DNA of 44,054 bases, from the NCBI GenBank assembly GCA_031548835.1, contig JAVBQS010000001.1, positions 1 through 44,054 of the forward strand. The letters are read 5' to 3'. Numbering within the stretch: the stretch's first letter is position 1; every line of letters starts with the position of its first letter. Shown here piece after piece: positions 29,333 to 38,266 of the stretch. Source of the stretch: Spirochaetia bacterium (GTDB taxonomy: Bacteria; Spirochaetota; Spirochaetia; CADAEX01). The notes beneath the pieces are model-generated. The model saw nothing but the letters and a program-made list of their open reading frames with translations, searched no databases and was not told where the DNA came from. The translations under genes were made by a program, and so were the position numbers.

Positions 29333-30928
29333 ATGGAAAATAATGTAACTTCTACACACTGGGCAGATATAAATGCTGATAAAATTATAAGAGAAAGAAA
29401 AAAATATCTTGGAGGAGATAAAGAATGGTTTGTCTGCGCATCAGGCATAACTCCTTCGGGAACTGTTCATATAGGTAATTTCAGGGAGATAATCTCTGTT
29501 GAACTTGTTGTAAGGGCTCTTAAAGATAAAGGCGAAAAAGTAAAATTTATATATTCCTGGGATGATTATGATGTATTCAGAAAAGTTCCTGCAAATATGC
29601 CTAACAGGGAAAATCTTGAAAAATATTTACGCTTTCCAATAACAATGGTCCCAGATCCCTGGGGCAAGGAAAAGAGTTATGCAAGGGCAAATGAGGTTGA
29701 GCTTGAATCCCTGCTTCCATCTGTCGGTGTTTTTCCCGAATATATTTACCAGGCAGATAAATATAGAAATTCAGATTATGCACAAGGCATAAGAACTGCT
29801 CTTGAAAACAAAGAAAAAATAAGAAAACTTCTTGATGCCCACAGGACAGAGCCGCTTGAAAAAAAGTGGATGCCTGTATCTGTTTTCTGCAGCAAATGCA
29901 ATAAAGACAGGATAGAAGCTCTGGCCTGGGATAATGAATGGGGCATTACATATAACTGTTCTTCATGCGGCAATAAAGAAACAGTTGATCTTCGTAAAAC
30001 TTCGTGTGTAAAACTGCCGTGGCGCATAGACTGGCCGATGCGCTGGGCTTATGAAAAAGTTGATTTTGAACCTGCAGGAAAAGACCACCATTCAGAGGGA
30101 GGCTCTTTTGATACTGCAAAAAATATTGCAAAAGAAGTTTTTAACCATGAACCTCCTGTTACTTTCCAGTATGATTTTTTAAGCATAAAAGGAAGGGGCG
30201 GAAAAATTTCATCATCAAGCGGCGAAGTTATAAGCCTGCGCGATGTTCTTGAGATATATGAACCTGAAATTGTAAGATACATGTTTGCAGGAACAAGGCC
30301 GAACACAGAATTTGCAATATCGTTTGATCTTGATGTAATAAAAATATATGAAGATTATGATAAATGCGAAAGAATATATTTTGGAAAAGAAGCTATAAAT
30401 GATAAAAAAGCAGAGAAAGAAAAAAGAATATATGAGCTTTCTCAGGTAAAGGCTGTTCCTTCTGAAATGCCGCATCAGATTCCATTCAGGCATTTGTGTA
30501 ATCTTTTGCAGATACATTCAGGAAATATCAATGCTTTATTAATAGAAGAATTCAGTAATTTGAGCGAAGCGCAAAAGAAAAAAATAGAGGCAAGAGCAGA
30601 GTGCGCATGGAGATGGATAACCAATTTTGCGCCTGAAGATTTTAAATTTACGATAAGATCAGCATCTGATTCTGCTGTTATTGTTGATGAAAAATCTGCA
30701 AAGATGTTAAAGCTTCTTGCAGATGAAACAGGAAAGCTTGAAAACCATACAGAAGTTTCTCTTGCAGAAGCAATTTATAAAATAGCGCAGGATAATGAGA
30801 CAGATCCAAAAGATCTTTTTAAGCTTATATATACTGTTCTTATAGGAAAGGAAAAAGGGCCAAGGCTTTCTGGTTTTATATTAACAGCAGGCAAAAACAA
30901 GATTCTGCCACTGCTTGAAAAATATTAG
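29333..30928 (+). CDS. lysS: Lysine--tRNA ligase, class I
   Basis: HWAD, SGITPSGTVHIGNFRE, KLPWRIDWPMRW, EPAGKDH, KISSSSG, GPRL. Confidence 0.96.
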   Translation: MENNVTSTHWADINADKIIRERKKYLGGDKEWFVCASGITPSGTVHIGNFREIISVELVVRALKDKGEKVKFIYSWDDYDVFRKVPANMPNRENLEKYLRFPITMVPDPWGKEKSYARANEVELESLLPSVGVFPEYIYQADKYRNSDYAQGIRTALENKEKIRKLLDAHRTEPLEKKWMPVSVFCSKCNKDRIEALAWDNEWGITYNCSSCGNKETVDLRKTSCVKLPWRIDWPMRWAYEKVDFEPAGKDHHSEGGSFDTAKNIAKEVFNHEPPVTFQYDFLSIKGRGGKISSSSGEVISLRDVLEIYEPEIVRYMFAGTRPNTEFAISFDLDVIKIYEDYDKCERIYFGKEAINDKKAEKEKRIYELSQVKAVPSEMPHQIPFRHLCNLLQIHSGNINALLIEEFSNLSEAQKKKIEARAECAWRWITNFAPEDFKFTIRSASDSAVIVDEKSAKMLKLLADETGKLENHTEVSLAEAIYKIAQDNETDPKDLFKLIYTVLIGKEKGPRLSGFILTAGKNKILPLLEKY

Positions 30929-30956
30929 TCACCAGCAGAAGTGAAGTGTCCCCCTC

Positions 30957-31018
30957 GTCTTCCCGGCTGCCGAAGGCATGCCGGGAACTATACAGATTCC
31001 TGCCTTCGCAGGAATGAC
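30957..31018. repeat. Paired GC-rich palindromes (GTC...GAC bounded, REP/dRS3-like); the right one is also the candidate DGR hairpin
   Basis: TTCCCGGC-TGCC-GAA-GGCA-T-GCCGGGAA (30960-30987) and ATTCCTGC-CTTC-GCAGGAAT (30996-31015). Confidence 0.75.
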
Positions 31019-31025
31019 ATTGGGT

Positions 31026-32786
31026 TTACTCTGTCCTTAAAAAACGGAAGCCTATAAAGTCGTACCGGGAATTAGGCGTGTTGCTGACGCGGTATGCAAC
31101 AGCGCAGCCAGATGCATCGAAGTTCCAGTCGCCGCCGCGTATAACACGGCCAGACTCTGGACTACTTCCCGGCCCAGAGTAATCTGTCTGAGCTGTTCCG
31201 GGATAAGTGTCATACCAATCCCAGCACCATTCATATACATTACCGCTCATATCATATAAACCCAGTTCATTTGCTGTTCTCTTTTTTACCTCATGGGTTT
31301 TACTGCCGGAATTAACATCATACCAGGCATAATCTCCTATAAGCCCTCCGCCGGCTTCGGGATTATCATCTCCTGCATATTCTTTTTTATACCCATTAAT
31401 AGAAGCCACTGCTCCTATTACTGCCCACATCCACTCCATCTCGGTAGGAAGCCTGTAGCCATTTGCAGCCCAGTTTACTGTTGCTGCATTCCATACAGGG
31501 TCATCAGCTACAGGAATATCTCCATATGCCAAAGTGTTAAAATCTACTCCGCTTACTATATATACTGGTGTTTTTCCATCCAGTATGCTTAATTTATTGC
31601 AGAATGCTATTGCATCATACCAGCTTACCTGCTCTACTGGCCGCTTTTCCTGTATTTCTGTGCTTTCAGGAAGATGTGTAGCTCCCTGAAAATAACTTGG
31701 GTTAATTCCCATTACTGCTTCCCATAAACCTTGCGTTACTTCTGTTTCTGCCATTATAAAGCTTGATACTGTCATGTCTGGATCACTTGCTCCAAGTTTA
31801 AATGTCCCGCCTGTAACTGATACCATATTAAATTGTATAGTTACACCGCTTGCCATACTGCTAAGGCTGCTTTCTGCTCCGCTTGTGCTTTTTGCCCTTA
31901 CCCATGCATAATATGTTGTTCCATAGATAAGGCCTGTTATTGTTGCGGTAGTTCCTGTTATTCCTGTAACATTTGGAGAACCTGGAGGTGTCGGGCTTGT
32001 GCTGTAATAAATATCATAACTTGCTGCTCCTGTTACTGCGTTCCAGCTTACTGTTATTCTTTTTACTCCTCCTGTTACTGTTACGCCTTGCGGTACAGGC
32101 ATTATTGTGCTTCGGCTTTGTACTGCACTTGGAGCGCTTTCTCCTGCAGCATTGCTTGCTGTTACCCATATATAATAAACTGTTCCATCAGCAAGTCCTG
32201 TTATTGTTTTATTAAGAGATGTTCCTGCATCTGTTCCTGTTGCAGATGCAAAATTATCTGCTGTGTGGTAATAAACCTTGTACCCTGTTGCTCCTGTTAC
32301 TGTACTCCACGATACATTTATTTCTCCGGCGTCCCCTGCTGTTACAGCAACGCCTGTTGGGGAAGCAGGTGCTGTTATTGCTGCAACCGGTGTTCCTGTT
32401 TTTGCTGTACTAACAGCGCTTGATCCTGCACTATTGTGCGCCTGTACCCAGATGTTATAAGTTGTTCCATTTAAAAGGCCTGTTATTACTTTACTTGCTT
32501 CTGTTATATTTTCATGTTTATTTGCTGATTCGTAATTAGCTGCAGTACCATAGTAAACTGTATATTTACTTGCATTTGACACAATATCCCAGCTTACTGT
32601 TAGCTGAGCATCTGCTGGTGTTACTCTAACATTTGAAGGAGAAGCTGGGGCTGTTCCGCCTCCGCCAGGGTTATTTCCATTATCAGGATCTGTACCGCCT
32701 GAGCTGTCGCAGCCAATTGAAATAAATACCATTCCTGTAATAAATATTAAAACTGTAATTACTTTTAATAACCTGCTTAAAGTCAT
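31026..32786 (-). CDS. Lipoprotein with three FN3 domains and C-terminal FGE-sulfatase/C-type-lectin domain (TvpA-like DGR-type variable protein)
   Basis: Lipobox SIGC; three FN3 repeats (VSW...Y.VYY...ITGL..GT.Y..WV.A); ETEVTQ, PVEQVSWYDA, YRLPTEMEW, NELGLYDMSGNVYEWCWD, RVIRGGDW, IGFR. Confidence 0.9.
   Translation of the reverse strand: MTLSRLLKVITVLIFITGMVFISIGCDSSGGTDPDNGNNPGGGGTAPASPSNVRVTPADAQLTVSWDIVSNASKYTVYYGTAANYESANKHENITEASKVITGLLNGTTYNIWVQAHNSAGSSAVSTAKTGTPVAAITAPASPTGVAVTAGDAGEINVSWSTVTGATGYKVYYHTADNFASATGTDAGTSLNKTITGLADGTVYYIWVTASNAAGESAPSAVQSRSTIMPVPQGVTVTGGVKRITVSWNAVTGAASYDIYYSTSPTPPGSPNVTGITGTTATITGLIYGTTYYAWVRAKSTSGAESSLSSMASGVTIQFNMVSVTGGTFKLGASDPDMTVSSFIMAETEVTQGLWEAVMGINPSYFQGATHLPESTEIQEKRPVEQVSWYDAIAFCNKLSILDGKTPVYIVSGVDFNTLAYGDIPVADDPVWNAATVNWAANGYRLPTEMEWMWAVIGAVASINGYKKEYAGDDNPEAGGGLIGDYAWYDVNSGSKTHEVKKRTANELGLYDMSGNVYEWCWDWYDTYPGTAQTDYSGPGSSPESGRVIRGGDWNFDASGCAVAYRVSNTPNSRYDFIGFRFLRTE
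31044..31154 (-). repeat. Candidate DGR variable repeat (VR)
   Basis: 19 of 37 codons end in C, in a gene otherwise dominated by A/T-ending codons; the variable positions read NNC/NNT, as expected from mutated AAC/AAT. Confidence 0.7.
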
Positions 32787-32978
32787 AAAAGCTCCTTTTG
32801 TTGTTATAGATTGAAGATAATGTTAGCTTTTAAAAGAATAATATACTCTGAGTAATATTATTTATAAAGAGTAAAAATAGTAAACAATATCTTTTCATCA
32901 TAAAAAATAGTATTTTTTACTATTTTTTTAGATACTGTTTTACAATGGTATGACTGGGCAGGATATTCCAAATTGGTG

Positions 32979-33899
32979 TTAATTAATAAGCCTGGTTAAG
33001 ATCCCTCTTTTTTTTCTCCAGTTATGATTAACTTTAACACGTAAATCTATTTTAACAGGATAAGGAAAGATTGATTTTATCTCTTTTTTTGCAGCAATTC
33101 TTATTGCTTTTATTTTTTCCCCGCCGCTTCCTATAAGTATTCTTTTCTGTGATTCATTTTCTGCTATTAAAAAAGCTCTTACCCAAAGTTCTTCTCCCTG
33201 GGGAGTTTCTGCCATTTCAATATCTGCAATTTCAACATAAAGGCTGTGAGGGATTTCTTCTCTTGTTCTGTTTACAGCTTTTTCTCTTATTATTTCGCTT
33301 ATTCTAAAAGAGACATCCTGATCTGTATAAATATCATCAGGATATAGCTTTTCTCCCTCTGGCGCTTTTTCAAACATTGCATCAAGAAGTTTATCTTTGC
33401 CTTCCCCTGTCATTGCTGAAACATGACAGATAGAAATATCTTTTTTATTATCTATTTTTCTAAGATTTTTTTTCAAAAAATTTTCAAGACTTATTAAAAA
33501 CTCTTTTTTATTTTTTTCAGCTATTTCCAGAAGATCTATTTTGTTTAAAGCAATTATTATAATAGCATTAAGCGATGCAAGATATTCAATTATCTTTTTT
33601 TCTTCTTCGCCAGGCTCTCTTGTGCAGTCAAAAACATATAGAATTATCTCTGCATCATTAACAACATTTTCAGTAATATTTTTAAGTTCTGTATTTATTG
33701 TTTTTTCTGAGACATGGTAGCCTGGAGTATCCTGAAAAACAAACTGGCCTCTTTCTTCAGTATAAATACCGCGTATTATATTTCTTGTTGTCTGCGGAGT
33801 TGCAGATACAATTGAAACTTTATGCCCGCATATTTTATTAACAAGAGTAGATTTTCCCGATGAAGGCCTGCCTATTAATGTGATAAATGTTGATTTCAC
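32979..33899 (-). CDS. era: GTPase Era
   Basis: GRPSSGKST, PQTTR, DTPG, NKID, SA, KH domain IGSGGEKIK; GTG start at 33899 after GAGGT. Confidence 0.93.
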   Translation of the reverse strand: MKSTFITLIGRPSSGKSTLVNKICGHKVSIVSATPQTTRNIIRGIYTEERGQFVFQDTPGYHVSEKTINTELKNITENVVNDAEIILYVFDCTREPGEEEKKIIEYLASLNAIIIIALNKIDLLEIAEKNKKEFLISLENFLKKNLRKIDNKKDISICHVSAMTGEGKDKLLDAMFEKAPEGEKLYPDDIYTDQDVSFRISEIIREKAVNRTREEIPHSLYVEIADIEMAETPQGEELWVRAFLIAENESQKRILIGSGGEKIKAIRIAAKKEIKSIFPYPVKIDLRVKVNHNWRKKRGILTRLIN

Positions 33900-33961
33900 T
33901 TTTTTACAATACCTCAATTACTTTGCAATTAATTATATTAATATTACTTTATAAATTAAAT

Positions 33962-35872
33962 CTATTCCAGTTCAAATATTCCAGTATAAAGCTGGTAATA
34001 TCTTCCTTTTTGCATAAGCAGCTGCCCAGGTGTTCCGCTTTCAATAATTCTTCCCCCATCCATTACCATAATAACATCAGAATTTCTGATTGTGGAAAGC
34101 CTGTGAGCAATAACAAAAACAGTCCTCCCATGCATAAGAGAATCCATTCCTTTCTGGACAATCATCTCTGTGCGGGTATCTATGCTTGAAGTTGCTTCAT
34201 CAAGAATCATTACAAGAGGATCAGCGACTGCAGCGCGGGCAATTGCCAATAATTGCCGCTGTCCCTGGGATATACCTTCGCCGCTTCCTGTAATAACAGT
34301 ATTGTATTTTTCAGGAAGCATTGATATAAATCCATCTGCATTTGCAAGTTTTGCTGCTGCATATACATTTTCATCATCTGCATCAAGTTTCCCATACCTG
34401 ATATTTTCCATAATTGTTCCTGTAAAAAGATGGGTATCCTGCAGAACAATACCCTGACTGCGGCGCAGGTCGCTTTTTTTTATTTTATCAATGCTAATGC
34501 CATCATAAAGAATTTGTCCTTTTTGAATATCATAAAATCTGTTTATAAGATTTGTCATTGTTGTTTTTCCTGCGCCTGTTGCTCCTACAAATGCAACTTT
34601 CTTTCCAGGTTCTGCATGCATAGTTATATTGTGTAAAACTGTTTTATCTTTTTCATATCCAAAATCAACATCAACAAAGCTGACATCTCCTGTAAAAGGT
34701 ATGTATTTTTTGCTGCCGTCTTTTTGCAGATATTTCCATGCCCTTATTTTTGTTTTTTCTTTTGTTTCAATTAATGTCTTTTCATTATTATCATATTTTG
34801 CATTTACAAGAGTTATTTCTCCGCTATCTTCTTCCTCTTTTTCATCCATAAGGTTAAAGATACGCTGCGCTCCTGCCATAGCCATTATTACAGAATTAAG
34901 CTGCTGCGAAACCTGGTTTATCGGCATGTTAAAAGAACGGCTTAACTGCAGGAAGGCTGCAATTGATCCAAGAGTAAGCCCGCCTATTCCGCTTACAGCA
35001 AGAGCGCCCCCTGCTATTGCAAGAAATACATATTGAAGGTTTCCCATATTAACCATAAGAGGCATTAACATATTGGCATAACTGTTTGCTTTGCTTGCTG
35101 TTTCTCCAAGTTCTTTGTTATGCATATCAAAATGTTTTTTTGCTTCTTCTTCATAACAAAATACTTTTACAACTTTCTGGCCATGCATCATCTCTTCGAT
35201 ATATCCGTTTATTTTACCTATTACGCTCTGTTGTTTGATAAAATAAGAAGAACTTCTTCCTCCTATTTTTCTTACAATAAAAAATATTCCTACAACCATG
35301 ACAACTACCAGCATTGTTAAAAATATGTTGACATAGATCATTGCAGAAAAAACAAAAATTATTGTAATAACAGAAGAAAATACCTGCGGAATACTCTGTG
35401 AAATCATCTGCCTGAGTGTATCAATATCATTTGTATAACGGCTCATAATATCGCCATGAGTATGTGTGTCAAAATATTTAATCGGAAGGCTTTGCATATG
35501 CGAAAACATCTGGTCGCGTATCTCTTTCTGCACACCCTGCTCAATAGTAACCATAATCAGGTTATATATTAATGCAGATGCAACACCTACCAGATAAATT
35601 CCTGCCATAATAAAAATAGCTTTAATAAGGCCTGTAAACAGAGGCTTGCTGCTTCCAAGCATTGGGGTTATATATTTATCAATTAAAATTTGCAGAAACA
35701 GGGAACCTGCAACAGATGCAATAGCGCTTATAAGAATACATATTAAAACAAAAAGAAAACGAATTTTATATGTTCCTGTTAAATAAGAAAGCAGCCGCTT
35801 TGCTGTTTTTCCTGCATCTTTTACAGATACTTTGCTGTAGGCAGCCGCAGTTCTTCTGTTAGGCAACATCAT
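33962..35872 (-). CDS. ABC exporter ATP-binding/permease subunit (consensus-site half of a heterodimer)
   Basis: TM domain, GATGAGKT, ISQGQRQ, ILDEATS, AHRLST; start MMLPN after AGGAGG. Confidence 0.92.
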   Translation of the reverse strand: MMLPNRRTAAAYSKVSVKDAGKTAKRLLSYLTGTYKIRFLFVLICILISAIASVAGSLFLQILIDKYITPMLGSSKPLFTGLIKAIFIMAGIYLVGVASALIYNLIMVTIEQGVQKEIRDQMFSHMQSLPIKYFDTHTHGDIMSRYTNDIDTLRQMISQSIPQVFSSVITIIFVFSAMIYVNIFLTMLVVVMVVGIFFIVRKIGGRSSSYFIKQQSVIGKINGYIEEMMHGQKVVKVFCYEEEAKKHFDMHNKELGETASKANSYANMLMPLMVNMGNLQYVFLAIAGGALAVSGIGGLTLGSIAAFLQLSRSFNMPINQVSQQLNSVIMAMAGAQRIFNLMDEKEEEDSGEITLVNAKYDNNEKTLIETKEKTKIRAWKYLQKDGSKKYIPFTGDVSFVDVDFGYEKDKTVLHNITMHAEPGKKVAFVGATGAGKTTMTNLINRFYDIQKGQILYDGISIDKIKKSDLRRSQGIVLQDTHLFTGTIMENIRYGKLDADDENVYAAAKLANADGFISMLPEKYNTVITGSGEGISQGQRQLLAIARAAVADPLVMILDEATSSIDTRTEMIVQKGMDSLMHGRTVFVIAHRLSTIRNSDVIMVMDGGRIIESGTPGQLLMQKGRYYQLYTGIFELE

Positions 35873-37598
35873 TTTTCCTTCCTCCTTTTGTCTGGGAGTT
35901 ATAAACTTCCCGGTAAATTGCGTTATTTGCAAGAAGCTGCCCGTGGTTTCCTATAGCATTGATTATGCCGTTATCCATAACTATAATTTTATCTGCATGA
36001 ACAACAGATGAAATCCGCTGTGCTATAATAATTTTTGTTGTGTCAGGAATTTCTTTTTCAAGAGCATTGTTGATAAGAGCTTCTGTTTTTGTATCTACAG
36101 CGCTTGTAGAATCATCAAGAATAAGAATTTTAGGTTTTTTAAGCAGAGCGCGCGCAATACAGATTCTCTGTTTCTGTCCGCCTGAAACATTTGTTCCTCC
36201 CTGTTCTACATGTGTATCATAACCTTGCGGAAAGCTTTTTATAAAATCATCTGCCTGGGCAATTTTGCATGCATGAATCAAATCTTCATCAGCTGCATCT
36301 TTGTTTCCCCATCTTAGATTTGCTTTAATAGTTCCGGAAAAAAGTTCATTTTTCTGGAGAACCATTGCAACTCCATTGCGCAATGTTTTTAAATCATATT
36401 TGCGGACATCTGTTCCCCCAACAGCAATTGATCCTTCTGTAACATCATAAAGCCGAGGTATTAGCTGAACCAGGGAACTTTTAGAGCTTCCTGTCCCTCC
36501 TATAATTCCAACAGTCTCTCCTGCTTTTATATCAAAATTTATATTTTTAAGAGAAAGTTTATCGTTATCGCCAACATAGCTAAAATTAACATTTTGAAAA
36601 GATATAGAACCGTCAGGTATGTTAAAAACAGGATTTTCACAATTGTGCAAATCAGTTTTTTCATCAAGGACACTTACAATACGCTCTGCTGATGTGCGGG
36701 AAATAGTTACCATAACAAAAACCATTGAAAGCATCATCAGACTCATTAATATTTGTGATGTGTATGAAAACATACTTACAAGCTGTCCTGTAGTCATCTC
36801 TGAAGAGATAATCATTTTTGCCCCAAGCCATGAAAAAAGGACGGAACATGCATACATGGAAAACTGCATCAATGGGCTGTTAAATGATAATATTCTCTCA
36901 GCTTTTGTAAACTGCTGATAAATATCTGCAGATACTGTTTTAAATTTTTTAATCTCATAATCTTCTCGGACAAAAGATTTTACAACACGTATACCGTGGA
37001 GGTTCTCCTGAACAACATCATTCATCCTGTCATAAGTTTTAAATACTTTTTTAAACAGAGGATGAACCCTGCTCATAATAAGATAAAGCCCTATTCCTAA
37101 AAAAGGAACTATGGCAAGAAATACAAATGAAAGTCTTATATTAACAGAAAAAGACATTATTAGAGAAAATATAAGCATAAGAGGGCTCCGCACAATAATG
37201 CGGATTATCATCTGGAATGCATTTTGTATATTTGTTATATCTGTTGTTAATCTTGTAACAAGACTTGCTGTTGAAAATTTGTCTATATTTGAAAAAGAAA
37301 ATTCCTGGATATTATAATACATATCATGGCGTACATTTTTGGCAAAACCTGCGGCAGCTATAGCAGCAGTTCTTCCTGACATAACTCCAAAAAATAACGC
37401 AAGTCCTGTTGCAAAAATAAGAATTATGCCGATTTTAATTATCATAGACATATTTTCCTGTGAAATACCGCTGTCTATAATTCTGGCCATAAGAAGAGGA
37501 ATAACAACATCCATGGCAACTTCTATTGTTACAAAAAGAGGTGTAATTATTACGTTTTTTTTATATTCTCTTATACATTTTGCCAATTTTCTAACCAT
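35859..37598 (-). CDS. ABC exporter ATP-binding/permease subunit (degenerate-site half of a heterodimer)
   Basis: GGTGSSKS, VSGGQKQR, ILDDST and AQR in place of DE/H, typical of TM287/288-type heterodimers. Confidence 0.92.
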   Translation of the reverse strand: MVRKLAKCIREYKKNVIITPLFVTIEVAMDVVIPLLMARIIDSGISQENMSMIIKIGIILIFATGLALFFGVMSGRTAAIAAAGFAKNVRHDMYYNIQEFSFSNIDKFSTASLVTRLTTDITNIQNAFQMIIRIIVRSPLMLIFSLIMSFSVNIRLSFVFLAIVPFLGIGLYLIMSRVHPLFKKVFKTYDRMNDVVQENLHGIRVVKSFVREDYEIKKFKTVSADIYQQFTKAERILSFNSPLMQFSMYACSVLFSWLGAKMIISSEMTTGQLVSMFSYTSQILMSLMMLSMVFVMVTISRTSAERIVSVLDEKTDLHNCENPVFNIPDGSISFQNVNFSYVGDNDKLSLKNINFDIKAGETVGIIGGTGSSKSSLVQLIPRLYDVTEGSIAVGGTDVRKYDLKTLRNGVAMVLQKNELFSGTIKANLRWGNKDAADEDLIHACKIAQADDFIKSFPQGYDTHVEQGGTNVSGGQKQRICIARALLKKPKILILDDSTSAVDTKTEALINNALEKEIPDTTKIIIAQRISSVVHADKIIVMDNGIINAIGNHGQLLANNAIYREVYNSQTKGGRKNDVA

Positions 37599-37838
37599 TA
37601 ATCAAATCTTTTCCTTTGACAGAGTTAATTTTCCTGTTTTATTAAGATTATTTTTTAATCAATGTAAAATATTTATATTAAAATTCACACTATAATTATA
37701 TTATAAGAAAAATATCTTGTTTTTGATAACTATTTTGCTTTTATAGCTAGAATTTTATATTAGCCCTGTTCGATAACCTAGAAATGACAATTCCGGCATG
37801 GTAAGCCATACCAAGGTTATAAAAAAACTTTTAAGATT

Positions 37839-38207
37839 ATGTATGCTGTAAGAGGCGAGCAGCCTGAAGCTGTAAAATTTCTCATACAGGCAGGAGCAGG
37901 TATCAATATAAAAACAAATTCCGGCGATACAGCATTGATACAAACGACAATGACAGGCCAGGCAGAAATTATAAAACTACTGCTCCAGCATGGCGCTAAT
38001 GTAAATGAAAGCAATAATAATGGAGAAACAGCATTGCTTCAGGCAGCTAAATGGGGAGAAGAAGAAATTGTAAAACTTCTACTTGCTGCAAAAATAGATA
38101 TACAAGATAACGAAGGATATACAGCAGTTGACTATGCTGATGCCAGGAAGCATAAAGAGGTTGTGGATCTATTGCTCAATGCAGGCGCTATTAAAAAAAC
38201 AGAATAA
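37839..38207 (+). pseudogene. Ankyrin-repeat protein, 5'-truncated
   Basis: Begins mid-repeat (MYAVRGE...) with no RBS or signal peptide; out-of-frame ankyrin-like HTKVIKKLL just upstream; third repeat linker shortened (LLAAKIDIQD). Confidence 0.6.
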
Positions 38208-38266
38208 ATATCTTATAATTTATAAATAAGGGCTATCCCCTGATTTATAAAAATTATGGAAAAAAC

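Noticed and set aside
31833-32460. Cys-rich and Leu-rich plus-strand ORFs
   Set aside because: Antisense to the FN3 domains; produced by ACA/GCA/GTA codon bias.
37599-37690. Possible MarR-regulator remnant upstream of the ABC exporter pair
   Set aside because: Only a short LKNNL-like stretch interrupted by stops; not enough to support a call.
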